Origin: an uncultured Ruminococcus sp.
Lineage (GTDB): Bacteria > Bacillota > Clostridia > Oscillospirales > CAG-272
DNA length: 45,923 nt
Direction of reading: 5' to 3'
Assembly (NCBI GenBank): GCA_902778205.1
Contig: CACYWX010000001.1
Location: 1-45,923, forward strand
Each line of letters opens with the position of its first letter. Positions within the stretch are counted from its first letter, which is position 1. The position numbers and the translations under genes were made by a program. Shown here piece by piece: positions 16,934 through 26,599 of the stretch. A model generated the notes under the pieces. The model saw only the letters and a list, made by a program, of their open reading frames with translations, did no database searches and was not told the DNA's origin.

Positions 16934-17923
16934 TCATTCTCTCGCCGCCTCGATGAGGGCGCACAGGTTCTCGTAGGGCACGTCCGCCTGGATCTCCTGG
17001 GACGGCGCGAGAATATACCCCCCGTCCCGGCCCATGTATCCGGCGATGTCCAGCGCTTCCCGCCTTACCTCCTTCGGGGTCCCGTAGGGGAGGGTGCGCT
17101 GGGTGCTGATGCCGCCCCAGAAGGTGATCCGGTCCCCGTACCGGTCCTTCAGCTCGTGAATGTCCATGCACTCCGGCTGGACGGGGTTGAGGGCGTCGAT
17201 GCCCATTTCGTACAGGTCCGGCATGATCTTCCGGATGTCGCCGCAGGAGTGGATCCACACGTCCAGCCCCGCGTCCCGGATGATTTTATACTCCTTCTCC
17301 TCCCCGGGCCGGATCATTCCGCGCCAGGTTGCCGGCGACATGAGCAGATCCCGCTGGGAGCCCCAGTCGCTGCCCAGAAGGATCCCGTCGATGCCCGGGA
17401 TGTTGACGATGTTCTCCAGCATCACCAGGTTCTTGTGGATGATGAAATCCAGAAGCTCCTGCGCGTACTCCGGCTCACCGGCCAGATCCGCCAGGAAGTT
17501 CTCGATGCCCCGGGCGAAGTTGGCCTTCTCGAAGTGACTGCCCCAGATGGTCACCAGCACGTAGGCGTCGGTATGCTCCTTCAGGTTCCTCACCTCTTCG
17601 GCGAAGCGGTCGTAGCTTCCGTAGCCCACGGTCTTCGGCAGGAATCCGGGTGCCTCCTCGCAGCCGTATTCCGGCGGCAGATCCTTCCATCCCCACCAGG
17701 GACAGCCCACCGGAAGCACGTGGTTCCCCATGCCGTAGTAAATGGCGTTGGAATAGGAGATCAGCCCGGCCCTCTGCTTGTCCCTCAGGTCTCCCGTCAC
17801 GTACCGCTCGTACAGCCGCTCGAAATACGCCTGCTGACCGTCCCCCGCCAGATGGATGCAGGAGGGCGTCCGGTCCGGCGTTTTGTGCGCCATGGCGGTC
17901 TTGACCCGTTCGTATCTTGTCAT
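16934..17923 (-). CDS. Uroporphyrinogen-decarboxylase (URO-D)-fold family protein, copy 1
   Basis: 329 aa. URO-D/MtaA-like C-terminal half: WIHSCGDIRKIMPDLYEMGIDALNPVQPECMD...ITFWGGISTQ. Confidence 0.7.
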   Translation of the reverse strand: MTRYERVKTAMAHKTPDRTPSCIHLAGDGQQAYFERLYERYVTGDLRDKQRAGLISYSNAIYYGMGNHVLPVGCPWWGWKDLPPEYGCEEAPGFLPKTVGYGSYDRFAEEVRNLKEHTDAYVLVTIWGSHFEKANFARGIENFLADLAGEPEYAQELLDFIIHKNLVMLENIVNIPGIDGILLGSDWGSQRDLLMSPATWRGMIRPGEEKEYKIIRDAGLDVWIHSCGDIRKIMPDLYEMGIDALNPVQPECMDIHELKDRYGDRITFWGGISTQRTLPYGTPKEVRREALDIAGYMGRDGGYILAPSQEIQADVPYENLCALIEAARE

Positions 17924-17947
17924 TTCAGTCTTCCCCGTGTTTATCCG

Positions 17948-18994
17948 TCATGAAAAATCCGTGGCCAGCGCGATGTACCGCCTTGGGTTCTCCCCGGACG
18001 TGCAGGCGCAGTAAAAGTGGTATACGTGCCCCTCCCAGGTGACGATCCAGGGCTTGTGGGCGTAGAGGTTCTCGTCCGGATCGTTCTTTGCCGGAGCAAC
18101 GGTGGGCTCTCCCATCCATTCCGTCCAGTGGATCAGATCCCAGGAGCAGGCGAAGGTGTCGAAGGCCGAGCGGGAGTGCGTGCACTTCATGAAGTTCATG
18201 ATCCAGAGCCCGTCCCGCTCCCGCATCAGCATGGGATCGGCGGTGATCAGGCAGTCGGGATCCCCCGTGGCGTCGTCGAGCACCGGGCGGTCCCCGTAGC
18301 GGATCCAGCGCTCCAATTCCGGATCGTCGGTCACGGCGGCGTAGATGCGCTCCCGGCCGTCATACCCCTTGGCGTTGTAGAACATCACGAAGGGATACCC
18401 CGTGAGCCGCTCCTCGTCCCGGACCACGGCGCTCTTGTAGAGGGTTCTCGTCTCAAAGAACCGGGCGTCCGTATCGCCCGGCGTGAGGATCGGCCGCGCG
18501 CACCGGGTATAGGAGGCGGGATCGGCGGGGTCTTCTGCCGAGGCCACGCCCATCAGCAGGGGATCGGGCTCGTATCCGTCGCTGAACCCGGCCAGATAGG
18601 TCATCCGGTACCGGCCGTTCTCCGGGGTGAGCCTGCATCCCTCCCCGGGCGCGGTGTCGTACAGGGCCGCGTAGCCCGCGATCTGCTTCGAGTCCCACTC
18701 CCGGGTCTCGTCCCGCGTCAGAAGGGGACCGCGGTAGTGCCAGGAGAGGAGGTCCTCCGATTCGGCATAGTGCGTCTCGTAGCCGGAGACCGAGGTGTCC
18801 TTTGAGATGGCGATGAAGGTCATGATCCACCGCTCCCCGTACCGGAACACCGAGGGACAGTCGGTATAGAGGTCCGGGAACTCCATCACGGCCCCCCGCT
18901 TCACCGGCGTGTCCAGCATGGCCCTCGTCTGACGCATCCGCTCCGGGGTCACCATCCTGCCGGAATATGGATTGCCGTAGTTGAAACCGATCAT
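17948..18994 (-). CDS. Beta-propeller glycoside-hydrolase-like protein (GH43/GH32/GH130-type fold, family unassigned)
   Basis: The start is the ATG at 18994 (MIGFNYG) with a GGAGG RBS, because the upstream gene stops at 19047. The sequence shows a repeated W/Y-rich blade-like pattern. I could not assign a confident family motif. Confidence 0.5.
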   Translation of the reverse strand: MIGFNYGNPYSGRMVTPERMRQTRAMLDTPVKRGAVMEFPDLYTDCPSVFRYGERWIMTFIAISKDTSVSGYETHYAESEDLLSWHYRGPLLTRDETREWDSKQIAGYAALYDTAPGEGCRLTPENGRYRMTYLAGFSDGYEPDPLLMGVASAEDPADPASYTRCARPILTPGDTDARFFETRTLYKSAVVRDEERLTGYPFVMFYNAKGYDGRERIYAAVTDDPELERWIRYGDRPVLDDATGDPDCLITADPMLMRERDGLWIMNFMKCTHSRSAFDTFACSWDLIHWTEWMGEPTVAPAKNDPDENLYAHKPWIVTWEGHVYHFYCACTSGENPRRYIALATDFS

Positions 18995-19046
18995 GGTTCT
19001 GTCCTCCGAATTCTGAAAATGAAGGAATCGGACCGGACGAGAGCCG

Positions 19047-20702
19047 TCAGATCCGCTGGACCTCTGTTCCCCGGGTGACTCCCCCGGCGTTGTAGGCGTC
19101 CACGGAGATGAAATACCGGACACCCCGGGTCAGGCACCGGATCACGGCCCCGCAGTCCCCGATCACCTGCCAGTGGGTGTTCCGCTCCTCCCGGCTGACG
19201 CCCCAGCGGATGATATAGCCCTCCGCGCCGTCCACCGGAGACCAGCAGACCTTCATGTCCCGCTCGTCCGCACAGCGCTCCGCCCTGAAGGAGGGAGCCT
19301 TCTCCGGAGCGGGCATATCGCAGAGCCCGAACACCCGGAACCCGCTGACGGCGAATTTTCCTCCCGCCGGGGCCGCTCCGTGGTTTGTCAGCCGGAAATA
19401 CCGGAGCTGCTTCGGCTCTTCGAGTTCAAAGTATTCGTGGGGCCTGTCGTCACAGCTGTCCCGCCGGTCCGCGAGGACGAACCAACTCTCGCCGTCCTCC
19501 GAGGCCTCGGCGGTATAGCGGTAGGAGAATTCGTTGTGCCGCCCGGTGACGCGCTCCGTGTCCTGATCGGCGAAATTCACGTGGACCGCGCGGACCTCGG
19601 CATTCCGTCCCAGATCGAAGGCGATCCATTCCCCGGGATCGCCGGTTGCCGCGCTCCACCAGGTCTTCATATTCTCGTCCGAAGCCTTCTCCGGACCGTG
19701 ATCCCCGTCCAGCACGGAGGAAGCGCCGCACGCCGATCCCAGGGACAGGAGATGCCAGCCCGCGTCCAGCTCGTCGAAGGGCTCCTGCACGTCATGGGGC
19801 ATCTTCATGGGGTAGTCGCCCCGGACGGTGTTGGTGTAAAGCTCCCCGTCCGCACCGATCTTCGACGGGAACAGGCAGAGGCGCCGCTCGAACAGGTGGT
19901 TCACGCTGATGGAGACGGTGTCCATCTTCCAGAGCTTTCCGTTTTTGTCGGCGAACAGGCATCCGTGGCCCGCTCCCCGCATGAAGCCCGTGGCCTTGTA
20001 GACGGAGGGCGAGCTCTCCGAGAACCGGTACGGCCCCATGGGGCTGTCCGCCACGGCGCATCCGTCGCAGTAGGAGGAGAATTCGGTCCCCGGCACGGCG
20101 TAGGTCAGGTAGTACTTCCCGCCGGCCTTGAACATCCACGGCCCCTCGAGGGAGGGATTGCGGCCGTTGATCTCGTTGAAGTCCCCCAGCCGCTCAAAGC
20201 CCCGCCGGTCGTTGTCGGACTGGAAGATGTCCACGGGTCCCTCAAGCAGCGCCATATCGTGGTCCGGATCCAGTCTTGCCGCCCTGAGGGGAGTCACGTT
20301 GCTGAGCCCGTCGAACATGTAGACCTTTCCGTCGTCGTCCAGAAAGAGGGCGGGATCGTTCCAGACGTAGGGATGGCCCAGGTTCACCCAGGAATCGGGA
20401 TCCCGGGGATTCTCGGAGTACATCATGTCCCCGCCCTCGGAGTGCGCCAGGTACAGCCGGTCCCCGAGGACCATGGTGGCCGGGGCGAACAGGCGGAACT
20501 GGGGCTGCTTTTCCAGGTCCACCTCGATGAACTCCCAGTTCACAAGATCCTCCGAGACCCAGTACCCGCTCCCGTGGGACGCGAAGAGAAAGTATTCGCC
20601 CTTATAGAGGACCACTGCCGGATCCGCGGATTCCCTCCCGTTGAAATAGTGCTGATACTGATAGTTGATGTTGACCGGGTTGCAGAAGGTGCGTCCGTTC
20701 AT
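19047..20702 (-). CDS. GH43-family hydrolase fused to F5/8-type-C (CBM32-like) and FN3-like domains; no signal peptide
   Basis: The GH43 N-terminus reads ADPAVVLYKGEYFLFASHGSGYWVSEDLVNWEF. The discoidin-like block is ENMKTWWSAATGDPGEWIAFDLGRNAEVRAVHVNF. The FN3-like tail is VCWSPVDGAEGYIIRW...YFISVDAYNAGG. Confidence 0.8.
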   Translation of the reverse strand: MNGRTFCNPVNINYQYQHYFNGRESADPAVVLYKGEYFLFASHGSGYWVSEDLVNWEFIEVDLEKQPQFRLFAPATMVLGDRLYLAHSEGGDMMYSENPRDPDSWVNLGHPYVWNDPALFLDDDGKVYMFDGLSNVTPLRAARLDPDHDMALLEGPVDIFQSDNDRRGFERLGDFNEINGRNPSLEGPWMFKAGGKYYLTYAVPGTEFSSYCDGCAVADSPMGPYRFSESSPSVYKATGFMRGAGHGCLFADKNGKLWKMDTVSISVNHLFERRLCLFPSKIGADGELYTNTVRGDYPMKMPHDVQEPFDELDAGWHLLSLGSACGASSVLDGDHGPEKASDENMKTWWSAATGDPGEWIAFDLGRNAEVRAVHVNFADQDTERVTGRHNEFSYRYTAEASEDGESWFVLADRRDSCDDRPHEYFELEEPKQLRYFRLTNHGAAPAGGKFAVSGFRVFGLCDMPAPEKAPSFRAERCADERDMKVCWSPVDGAEGYIIRWGVSREERNTHWQVIGDCGAVIRCLTRGVRYFISVDAYNAGGVTRGTEVQRI

Positions 20703-20786
20703 GTTCCCGCCGTCTCCTTTCCGTGATTTGTCCGGCCGCCGCGTCTCCGATCCGGGTCCGCCGCCGGGCTGCTCCTGTACTCCTTC

Positions 20787-20815
20787 ATCATAGCAAAAAC
20801 CAGACCGCCTGTCAA
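20787..20815 (-). promoter_or_regulatory. Promoter TTGACA-N17-TATGAT for the GH43-CBM32 operon
   Basis: The -35 is at 20810-20815 and the -10 at 20787-20792 (minus strand), with a 17-nt spacer. Confidence 0.6.
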
Positions 20816-20850
20816 GAAGAAGTCCGGAAAGAATCGCCCGCCCCGCTCAC

Positions 20851-20879
20851 TTGACGGAGCCGACGACTCGTGGTATAAT
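20851..20879 (+). promoter_or_regulatory. Promoter TTGACG-N17-TATAAT for SBP-2
   Basis: The -35 is at 20851-20856 and the -10 at 20874-20879, with a 17-nt spacer. It is divergent from the previous promoter. Confidence 0.65.
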
Positions 20880-20922
20880 AGGAAAGAGAGTTCAAGAATC
20901 CAATCCAAAGGAGTCCGCACCG

Positions 20923-22431
20923 ATGAAATCCAGGCCGAACGCCGCCCTTTCCCTTCTGCTGGCCGCCCTGCTGACCGCCTTCTCCTCCTGCGCCCAGTCC
21001 GCCGGAAACGCCGACGAGCCCGCCGGAGCCTCCCAGACCGCCGGAGCCGGGGACACCGCCGACACCCCCGTCCCCGAAACCGCTCCCGAGGAGGACGCGG
21101 ACGATTTCTCCGGGTACATGCCGACCGGAGACTTTGACGGCTACGAATTCTGCATCCTGAAATCCCCCGACATCTCCTGGTGCCTGGACGAGGTCTGGGC
21201 GGAGGGCATCACCGGGGAGGCCTACACCGACGCCATCTACAACCGCAACGCCCGGATCGGCGACAATCTCAACATCGTCATCACCCAGTACGACGGAGGC
21301 GTGGACGCGGCCATCAAATCCTCCGTCGCGGCCGGGGATGATGCCTACGCCATCGCCTATCCCTCCCTGTCCTCCGCCGCCGCCCTGGGCAGTCAGGACC
21401 TGTTGGTGGATCTTCTGAAGCGGGAGGAATTCCATCTGGATATGCCCTGGTGGGACTCCGCCGCCACCGACTACCTGACCGTCGCCGGACGCCTGTTCTT
21501 CGCCGAGAACGAGATCAACATCCAGTACGACGAGGCCACCTGGGTACTGTACTTCAACAAGGATCTGGTGACCCGCTACACCCTGGACAATCCCTACGAG
21601 CTGGTCCGCGAGAACGAATGGACCATGGACAGGATGCACGACATGATGTCCGCGGTGGCCCATGACGAAAACGGCAACGGCGAAATGGACGCTCCGGAGG
21701 ACTACTTCGGTTTCTCCACCCATTCCGGCTCCTACGTGGGCATGCTGTCCGGCGCGGGCGAATCCCTGGTGCTCCCGGACGGCGAGGGCGCGTACGTGTC
21801 CAACCTGGCCTCCGAGCGGATGCTGCTTGTGGCGGAGAAGATCGGCTCCATCCTGAACGACAACGTTGCCACGGTGCTTCCCGACCGGTTCAAGGGCGCC
21901 GCCACCTCCAACAACCAGTGGGCCATCAACACCTTCTACAACGGCCACAGCCTCTTCTACGGCGAGGTCATCGGAAAGTTCGCCGACCTGCGGGAGATGG
22001 AGAACGACTTCGGCCTGATCCCGTTCCCGAAGTACGAGAACGCCCAGGAATTCTACACCTGCGAGGTGCTGAACTCCGCCCTCGGCTATGTGATGCCCCG
22101 CTCCGTGGCGGACAAGAACCGGGCGGCCGTCATCACCGAGGCCCTGGCCATCGACAGCCACGGCGACTTCATGAACGCCTATCTGGACACCACCATCACG
22201 GGCAAGTCCATCCGGGATGAGGACAGCCGCGAGATGCTTCAGATCATCTTCGAGTACCGGGTCTACGACCTGGGCGACATCTTCGGATGGGGCGGGATCT
22301 CCGGAGCCTACGCCGGCGCCGTCAACGCGGGCAGCGAGAACTTCGCCTCCTCCGCCAAGAAGATCGAGAAGGTCTTCACCAAGTCCATGGAGAAGTCCCT
22401 CAAGGCCTACGCCGAGGCGGACGGGACCTGA
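20923..22431 (+). CDS. Extracellular solute-binding lipoprotein, SBP-2
   Basis: ATG at 20923 follows AAGGAG. The signal is MKSRPNAALSLLLAALLTAFSSC and the family block is NDFGLIPFPKYENAQEFY. Confidence 0.85.
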   Translation: MKSRPNAALSLLLAALLTAFSSCAQSAGNADEPAGASQTAGAGDTADTPVPETAPEEDADDFSGYMPTGDFDGYEFCILKSPDISWCLDEVWAEGITGEAYTDAIYNRNARIGDNLNIVITQYDGGVDAAIKSSVAAGDDAYAIAYPSLSSAAALGSQDLLVDLLKREEFHLDMPWWDSAATDYLTVAGRLFFAENEINIQYDEATWVLYFNKDLVTRYTLDNPYELVRENEWTMDRMHDMMSAVAHDENGNGEMDAPEDYFGFSTHSGSYVGMLSGAGESLVLPDGEGAYVSNLASERMLLVAEKIGSILNDNVATVLPDRFKGAATSNNQWAINTFYNGHSLFYGEVIGKFADLREMENDFGLIPFPKYENAQEFYTCEVLNSALGYVMPRSVADKNRAAVITEALAIDSHGDFMNAYLDTTITGKSIRDEDSREMLQIIFEYRVYDLGDIFGWGGISGAYAGAVNAGSENFASSAKKIEKVFTKSMEKSLKAYAEADGT

Positions 22432-22473
22432 CAAACCCGGAAGGTCCCCCGGACTCCGTCCCCAAAATAAATG

Positions 22474-22511
22474 CTCCCCCGATGCGGATGAACCCCGCCG
22501 GGGGAGTTTTT
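22474..22511 (+). terminator. Rho-independent terminator, probably bidirectional, between convergent SBP-2 and GH20
   Basis: The stem is ctcccccg / cgggggag followed by TTTTT. The reverse strand is also followed by a T-rich run. Confidence 0.7.
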
Positions 22512-22559
22512 GAATGGCTGTCGATCGCTGTATTTCGCCTCAAAGAAGCATTCGTTCCC

Positions 22560-23996
22560 TCACTGCAGGACCTCGTTCAGGTTCCAGCCGGAGCGGGCGT
22601 AGTCTCCCTCCGCGTCGTACAGGGTCCGGAGCAGATACGCGCTCTCCGTGACGGGATGGGGCGGATTCTCCTCCCCCTCTCCCCAGACGCACCCGGCGGC
22701 AAAGGAGGCGTCCCGGAGCCAGTTCGGCAGATGGTCCCAGGTGGTCAGCAGGATACCGTACGCGCCGAGCTTCTTCGCGTCGGCCGCCAGGGAGCGGATG
22801 TTCTCGTGTCCGTCCCAGGGGCAGACCAGGGTGTCGAAGCCCCGGTCCATGAAGTATTTCGTGGTGGGATTGAACCCGTTTCCGTAGGAGTACTGCCAGT
22901 CCGCCAGAATGATCCGCCGGTCCAGCAGGTCCAGGGCGGCGGCGGTGTTCTTGTTGTCCCCCGTGGTGACGATGGGACCGTCGCCGAAATCGCCGCGTCT
23001 GAGGAACTGGTCGTGCCAGACGATGGGGCGGCGTCCGGTTTGGCAAACATCCTCCGCCAGCCGGTTCAGGTATTCCGCCAGAAGCTCGTGGGGGACCCTC
23101 GTCCGGCACCGGTCGCAGGTGGCGAAGGACCGCGCCTCATCAAATCCCAGGTGGAAGTACTTCCCCTCCCCGCAGAACTCCGCCAGCTCAGCCCGGATCT
23201 CCGAGAGCAGCCGCCATGTGTCCGGATTGGAGAGGCACCAGGTCCAGCCGTCCGGCTCGAACAGGCGGGCCAGGCGGGGACTGCGGTTCAGGACCACGTG
23301 GCGTCCGAAGCACTCCCGGGACTGGGTGGCGTGCCCCAGCTGATTCGACATGGGGATGACCTCCATGCCGTAGCTCCGGGCCAGCTCCACCAGCCCCTTC
23401 AGCTCGGACCTGGAGAAGGCCTTCCCGCTCCACGCCAGCTCCGGCAGGCATTCGTAGGGGAAGGTACCCCAGAATTCGAGGATCACGTGTGTCATCTTGA
23501 GAAAGCCCGCCAGATGGACCGCCTTCTCGAGATTGTACAGCTTCGAGTCCGGAAACACGCAGAAGTGCACCGCCCGGAAGGAGATGGTCGGGGAATCGTG
23601 AACCTCGGCGGCGGTGATGTACAGGGATTCCCTCCCCTCCTCCAGCACGTCGGGGCAGATCAGCTGGACCAGGGTCTTGATCCCATCCGTCAGCCCCGCC
23701 TCATCCGCGCCTGCCACGGTGACGCCGGACGGAGTGACCTTCAGCGCGTACCGGTCCCCTTCTCCGGGAACGCAGTCCGCGCCCTCCCCGATGTCCAGCC
23801 GGAAGCCCTCCCCGCCGGGGACGATCTCCAGACGGGACGCCGTGCAGGAGAAGCGGTTCCAGAGGATCCCCGCCCGCTCCGCCTTTTCCTTCGTCAGACC
23901 GGACGCGCGGGCCGTCACCCGGGATCCGAAGACAAACCGCCCGTCCCCATATTCCTCAAACCGCTTCGGTGCGGGGTAGAGATGACTCAGATACAT
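22560..23996 (-). CDS. GH20-like beta-N-acetylhexosaminidase family protein
   Basis: The GH20b-like block is VHDSPTISFRAVHFCVF. A TIM-barrel block contains HLGFDEA, matching the Asp-Glu pair of the HxGGDE motif. Confidence 0.65.
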   Translation of the reverse strand: MYLSHLYPAPKRFEEYGDGRFVFGSRVTARASGLTKEKAERAGILWNRFSCTASRLEIVPGGEGFRLDIGEGADCVPGEGDRYALKVTPSGVTVAGADEAGLTDGIKTLVQLICPDVLEEGRESLYITAAEVHDSPTISFRAVHFCVFPDSKLYNLEKAVHLAGFLKMTHVILEFWGTFPYECLPELAWSGKAFSRSELKGLVELARSYGMEVIPMSNQLGHATQSRECFGRHVVLNRSPRLARLFEPDGWTWCLSNPDTWRLLSEIRAELAEFCGEGKYFHLGFDEARSFATCDRCRTRVPHELLAEYLNRLAEDVCQTGRRPIVWHDQFLRRGDFGDGPIVTTGDNKNTAAALDLLDRRIILADWQYSYGNGFNPTTKYFMDRGFDTLVCPWDGHENIRSLAADAKKLGAYGILLTTWDHLPNWLRDASFAAGCVWGEGEENPPHPVTESAYLLRTLYDAEGDYARSGWNLNEVLQ

Positions 23997-24025
23997 GATA
24001 AACCTCCTGTCTTACGGGGGATCCC

Positions 24026-25018
24026 TTATCTCAGAAACGTGGCTGCCCGGTCGCATCCCGCCCCGAACCGGGTGATGACCATCAGATCGTCCTTGACGGA
24101 GAACACGTCGAAGGCGGTCTCCGTGACGGTGCCGTGCTCCCGCTTCGGACAGCTGGGCGCCCACTCCTGCGGGAAGGAGCACAGGGACGATACGATCACC
24201 ATCCGGTCCCGGTACAGCAGATTGTCGTAGTGGACGTGCCCGCAGATCTGCGCCCGGACGTTGGGGCACTCCTTCAGGGCGGTGTAGACCCGGGAGGAAT
24301 TGAGCGTGTCGTCGTGGCTCCGGACATAGCCGCCTCCCTTGCCGATGGAGCCGAAAATGCCCACGTTGCTGACCGGTGCGTGACTGAACACCAGAATCTT
24401 CCTCTCCGTGCGAAGGGCCTCCCGCTCCAGCCATTCCGCCTGGGCGTTGGAGATCTCAAGAGGGTAGTCCTGGATGAACCGGCCGTTGTCCCCGATGCGG
24501 TAGGGCCGGTCGCAGCTGTTGAGAAAGACGAAGCGATAGTCCGAGGACGGCAGATCGGCATAATAGTAGTTCTCCGGCGTGGGATTGTACTTCATGCAAA
24601 TCTCGTGCATCTCGTCCGGCAGGATGGCGATGGCGTTGTTCTTCTCCTGCTCCGCCATGGCCGTGGCGTCGTCGTGGTTGCCGATGACGCAGTGGACCGG
24701 CACGGTGAGGGCGTACAGGGCGTCCATGGTCTCGCGGTACGTGGACCGGATCCCCTCCGCGTCGGGCAAGTAGTCGTTGCCGATGTCTCCGCCGTTCACC
24801 ACGCAGGAGATGCCGGGGCACCGGTCCAGGATGTACTGAATCGACTGAATGTGATCGACGGCCAGGCCGTACTCCCGATCCCCGTGCCCCGGGAGCTTCT
24901 TCCTTCCGAGGCCGTTGTGCTCGTCGGTGATGAAGACGAAGTTCAGCGGCGCCTCCAGCCGGTTGATGGCCTCGATCTTTTCGTCGTAGCAGTCGGTCAG
25001 ATAGCGGATGTCGTTCAT
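24026..25018 (-). CDS. Calcineurin-like metallophosphoesterase (second, different subfamily)
   Basis: Motifs are FVFITDEHNG, NGGDIGND, VIGNHDD and CGHVH. Confidence 0.8.
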   Translation of the reverse strand: MNDIRYLTDCYDEKIEAINRLEAPLNFVFITDEHNGLGRKKLPGHGDREYGLAVDHIQSIQYILDRCPGISCVVNGGDIGNDYLPDAEGIRSTYRETMDALYALTVPVHCVIGNHDDATAMAEQEKNNAIAILPDEMHEICMKYNPTPENYYYADLPSSDYRFVFLNSCDRPYRIGDNGRFIQDYPLEISNAQAEWLEREALRTERKILVFSHAPVSNVGIFGSIGKGGGYVRSHDDTLNSSRVYTALKECPNVRAQICGHVHYDNLLYRDRMVIVSSLCSFPQEWAPSCPKREHGTVTETAFDVFSVKDDLMVITRFGAGCDRAATFLR

Positions 25019-25060
25019 AGGTTCATTCCTTTCTCAGGCCGGTCTGTGCCGGAGCGTTCG

Positions 25061-26566
25061 TCACGGGGCGAAGTTCTTTTCGTAGGCGGCGATGACCTTT
25101 TCCAGAGACTTTTTCGACACCTTTTCCTTTTTCGCCACGGCGGAGGCGTAGTCGGTGTTGTTGTCGGCCACCATGCCGCGCATGATCTGGCCCGTGCCGC
25201 TCAGGGGATTGGAATAGGCATAGATGAAGTTGGTGGTGGTGGAGTCGTGGATCAGGTCGATGATCTGCGCGGCCACGTTGTCCCGGGAGTACTTGATCTT
25301 CAATGAGGTCTCGTACCACGCGGGCATGACCGTGCGCCAGGTCTCCGAGGACAGGACCTCCAGCACCGCGCCGATCTTGTCGAGGTTCTGGGACGCGGAG
25401 GGGACGGACCCGATCAGGGCGTTGTCCGCCACCAGGGAGTGATAGGCTCGCTGTGTCTCGTCCAGCTTCGGATAGGGTAGGAAGCCGTAGTCGTCCTCCA
25501 TGTCCCGGTACCACTTGGCAGTCCCCAGGGACTGCAGGCCCAGAAACAGCGAGCGCCCCTCCCGGAACACCTTGCCGGACACGTTTTCACTCATCTGGAA
25601 CACGCTGCCCGGCTGATGGAAGAAGGACACCACCTTTTCTCCCAGCGTCACCGCCTGATCGCTCATGAGGTTCAAAACGATGTATCCGTCGTCGTCGTGG
25701 ACGGAATAGGGGACGTCGCCCAGATACGCGAAGGGATCCACGGAGGCGGCGGCCAGATAGGTGATATACCCCAGCCGGTCGTCGGGATCGGACACCCCGT
25801 TGTTGTTCAGATCCACATAGGCCGCCTCGCAGACCTGTGTCAGCCGGTCCATGGTCCAGGTGCCATCCAGCACCCAATCGTACATCTCGTCCTTGTTCCC
25901 GAAGGCGTCCTCGTAGAAGTTCTTGTTGAAGAAGAGCGTGTGGGCCATGCGGATGGTCTCGATGATGTAGTCCCCGGCGAGGAAGTACCGGGCGTCGTTG
26001 CCGATCATCATCTCGTCCATGTACCCGACGTTCCACCAGGGCTTGTCGAAATCGATGTACTCCAGGGTGTTGACGTTCTGCAGGCCGCCCACGGTGATCA
26101 GGTTCACGTGTCCGTATTCGTTCCCCAGATACATGTCGTAGGTGGTATCCCCCGCCATGACGAACCGGGTGAGGATCCCGCCGATGGTGTCCCACGCGCC
26201 GGTGGGCTCTCCCACGTACTCCAGATCGATGTCCAGCCGGTCCTCCGCCGTGGTGTTCCGCTGAATGACGGCGTCGTTCTCCACGTCCCCGGTCAGCTCT
26301 CCCTTCCCGGCGTACATCTCCTCGTTCTGCCCCGATCCGTTGGACACGAAGATCCGGATGGTGGCTCCGTCGTATTTCAGGCTGTCCGGCACGCCGTCCT
26401 TCAGCACGGTCTCCTCCGCTTCCGCCTCATCCCCGGCGGCCTGCGCTTCAGCGGCGTCTCCGCCGGACGGGGGATCCGTCTGCGCGGGTTCCTCTCCGCT
26501 CTGCGCGGCGCAGGACGAAAGAGCCAGCAGGAGTGCGAGGGTCAGCGCGGTGAGCTTCTGTTTCAT
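25061..26566 (-). CDS. Extracellular solute-binding lipoprotein, SBP-3
   Basis: The signal is MKQKLTALTLALLLALSSC and the family block is DDYGFLPYPKLDETQRAY. The gap to the upstream gene is only 33 nt. Confidence 0.85.
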   Translation of the reverse strand: MKQKLTALTLALLLALSSCAAQSGEEPAQTDPPSGGDAAEAQAAGDEAEAEETVLKDGVPDSLKYDGATIRIFVSNGSGQNEEMYAGKGELTGDVENDAVIQRNTTAEDRLDIDLEYVGEPTGAWDTIGGILTRFVMAGDTTYDMYLGNEYGHVNLITVGGLQNVNTLEYIDFDKPWWNVGYMDEMMIGNDARYFLAGDYIIETIRMAHTLFFNKNFYEDAFGNKDEMYDWVLDGTWTMDRLTQVCEAAYVDLNNNGVSDPDDRLGYITYLAAASVDPFAYLGDVPYSVHDDDGYIVLNLMSDQAVTLGEKVVSFFHQPGSVFQMSENVSGKVFREGRSLFLGLQSLGTAKWYRDMEDDYGFLPYPKLDETQRAYHSLVADNALIGSVPSASQNLDKIGAVLEVLSSETWRTVMPAWYETSLKIKYSRDNVAAQIIDLIHDSTTTNFIYAYSNPLSGTGQIMRGMVADNNTDYASAVAKKEKVSKKSLEKVIAAYEKNFAP

Positions 26567-26599
26567 ATTGCAGTCCTCCCTGTATATTCCGTTATTCCG

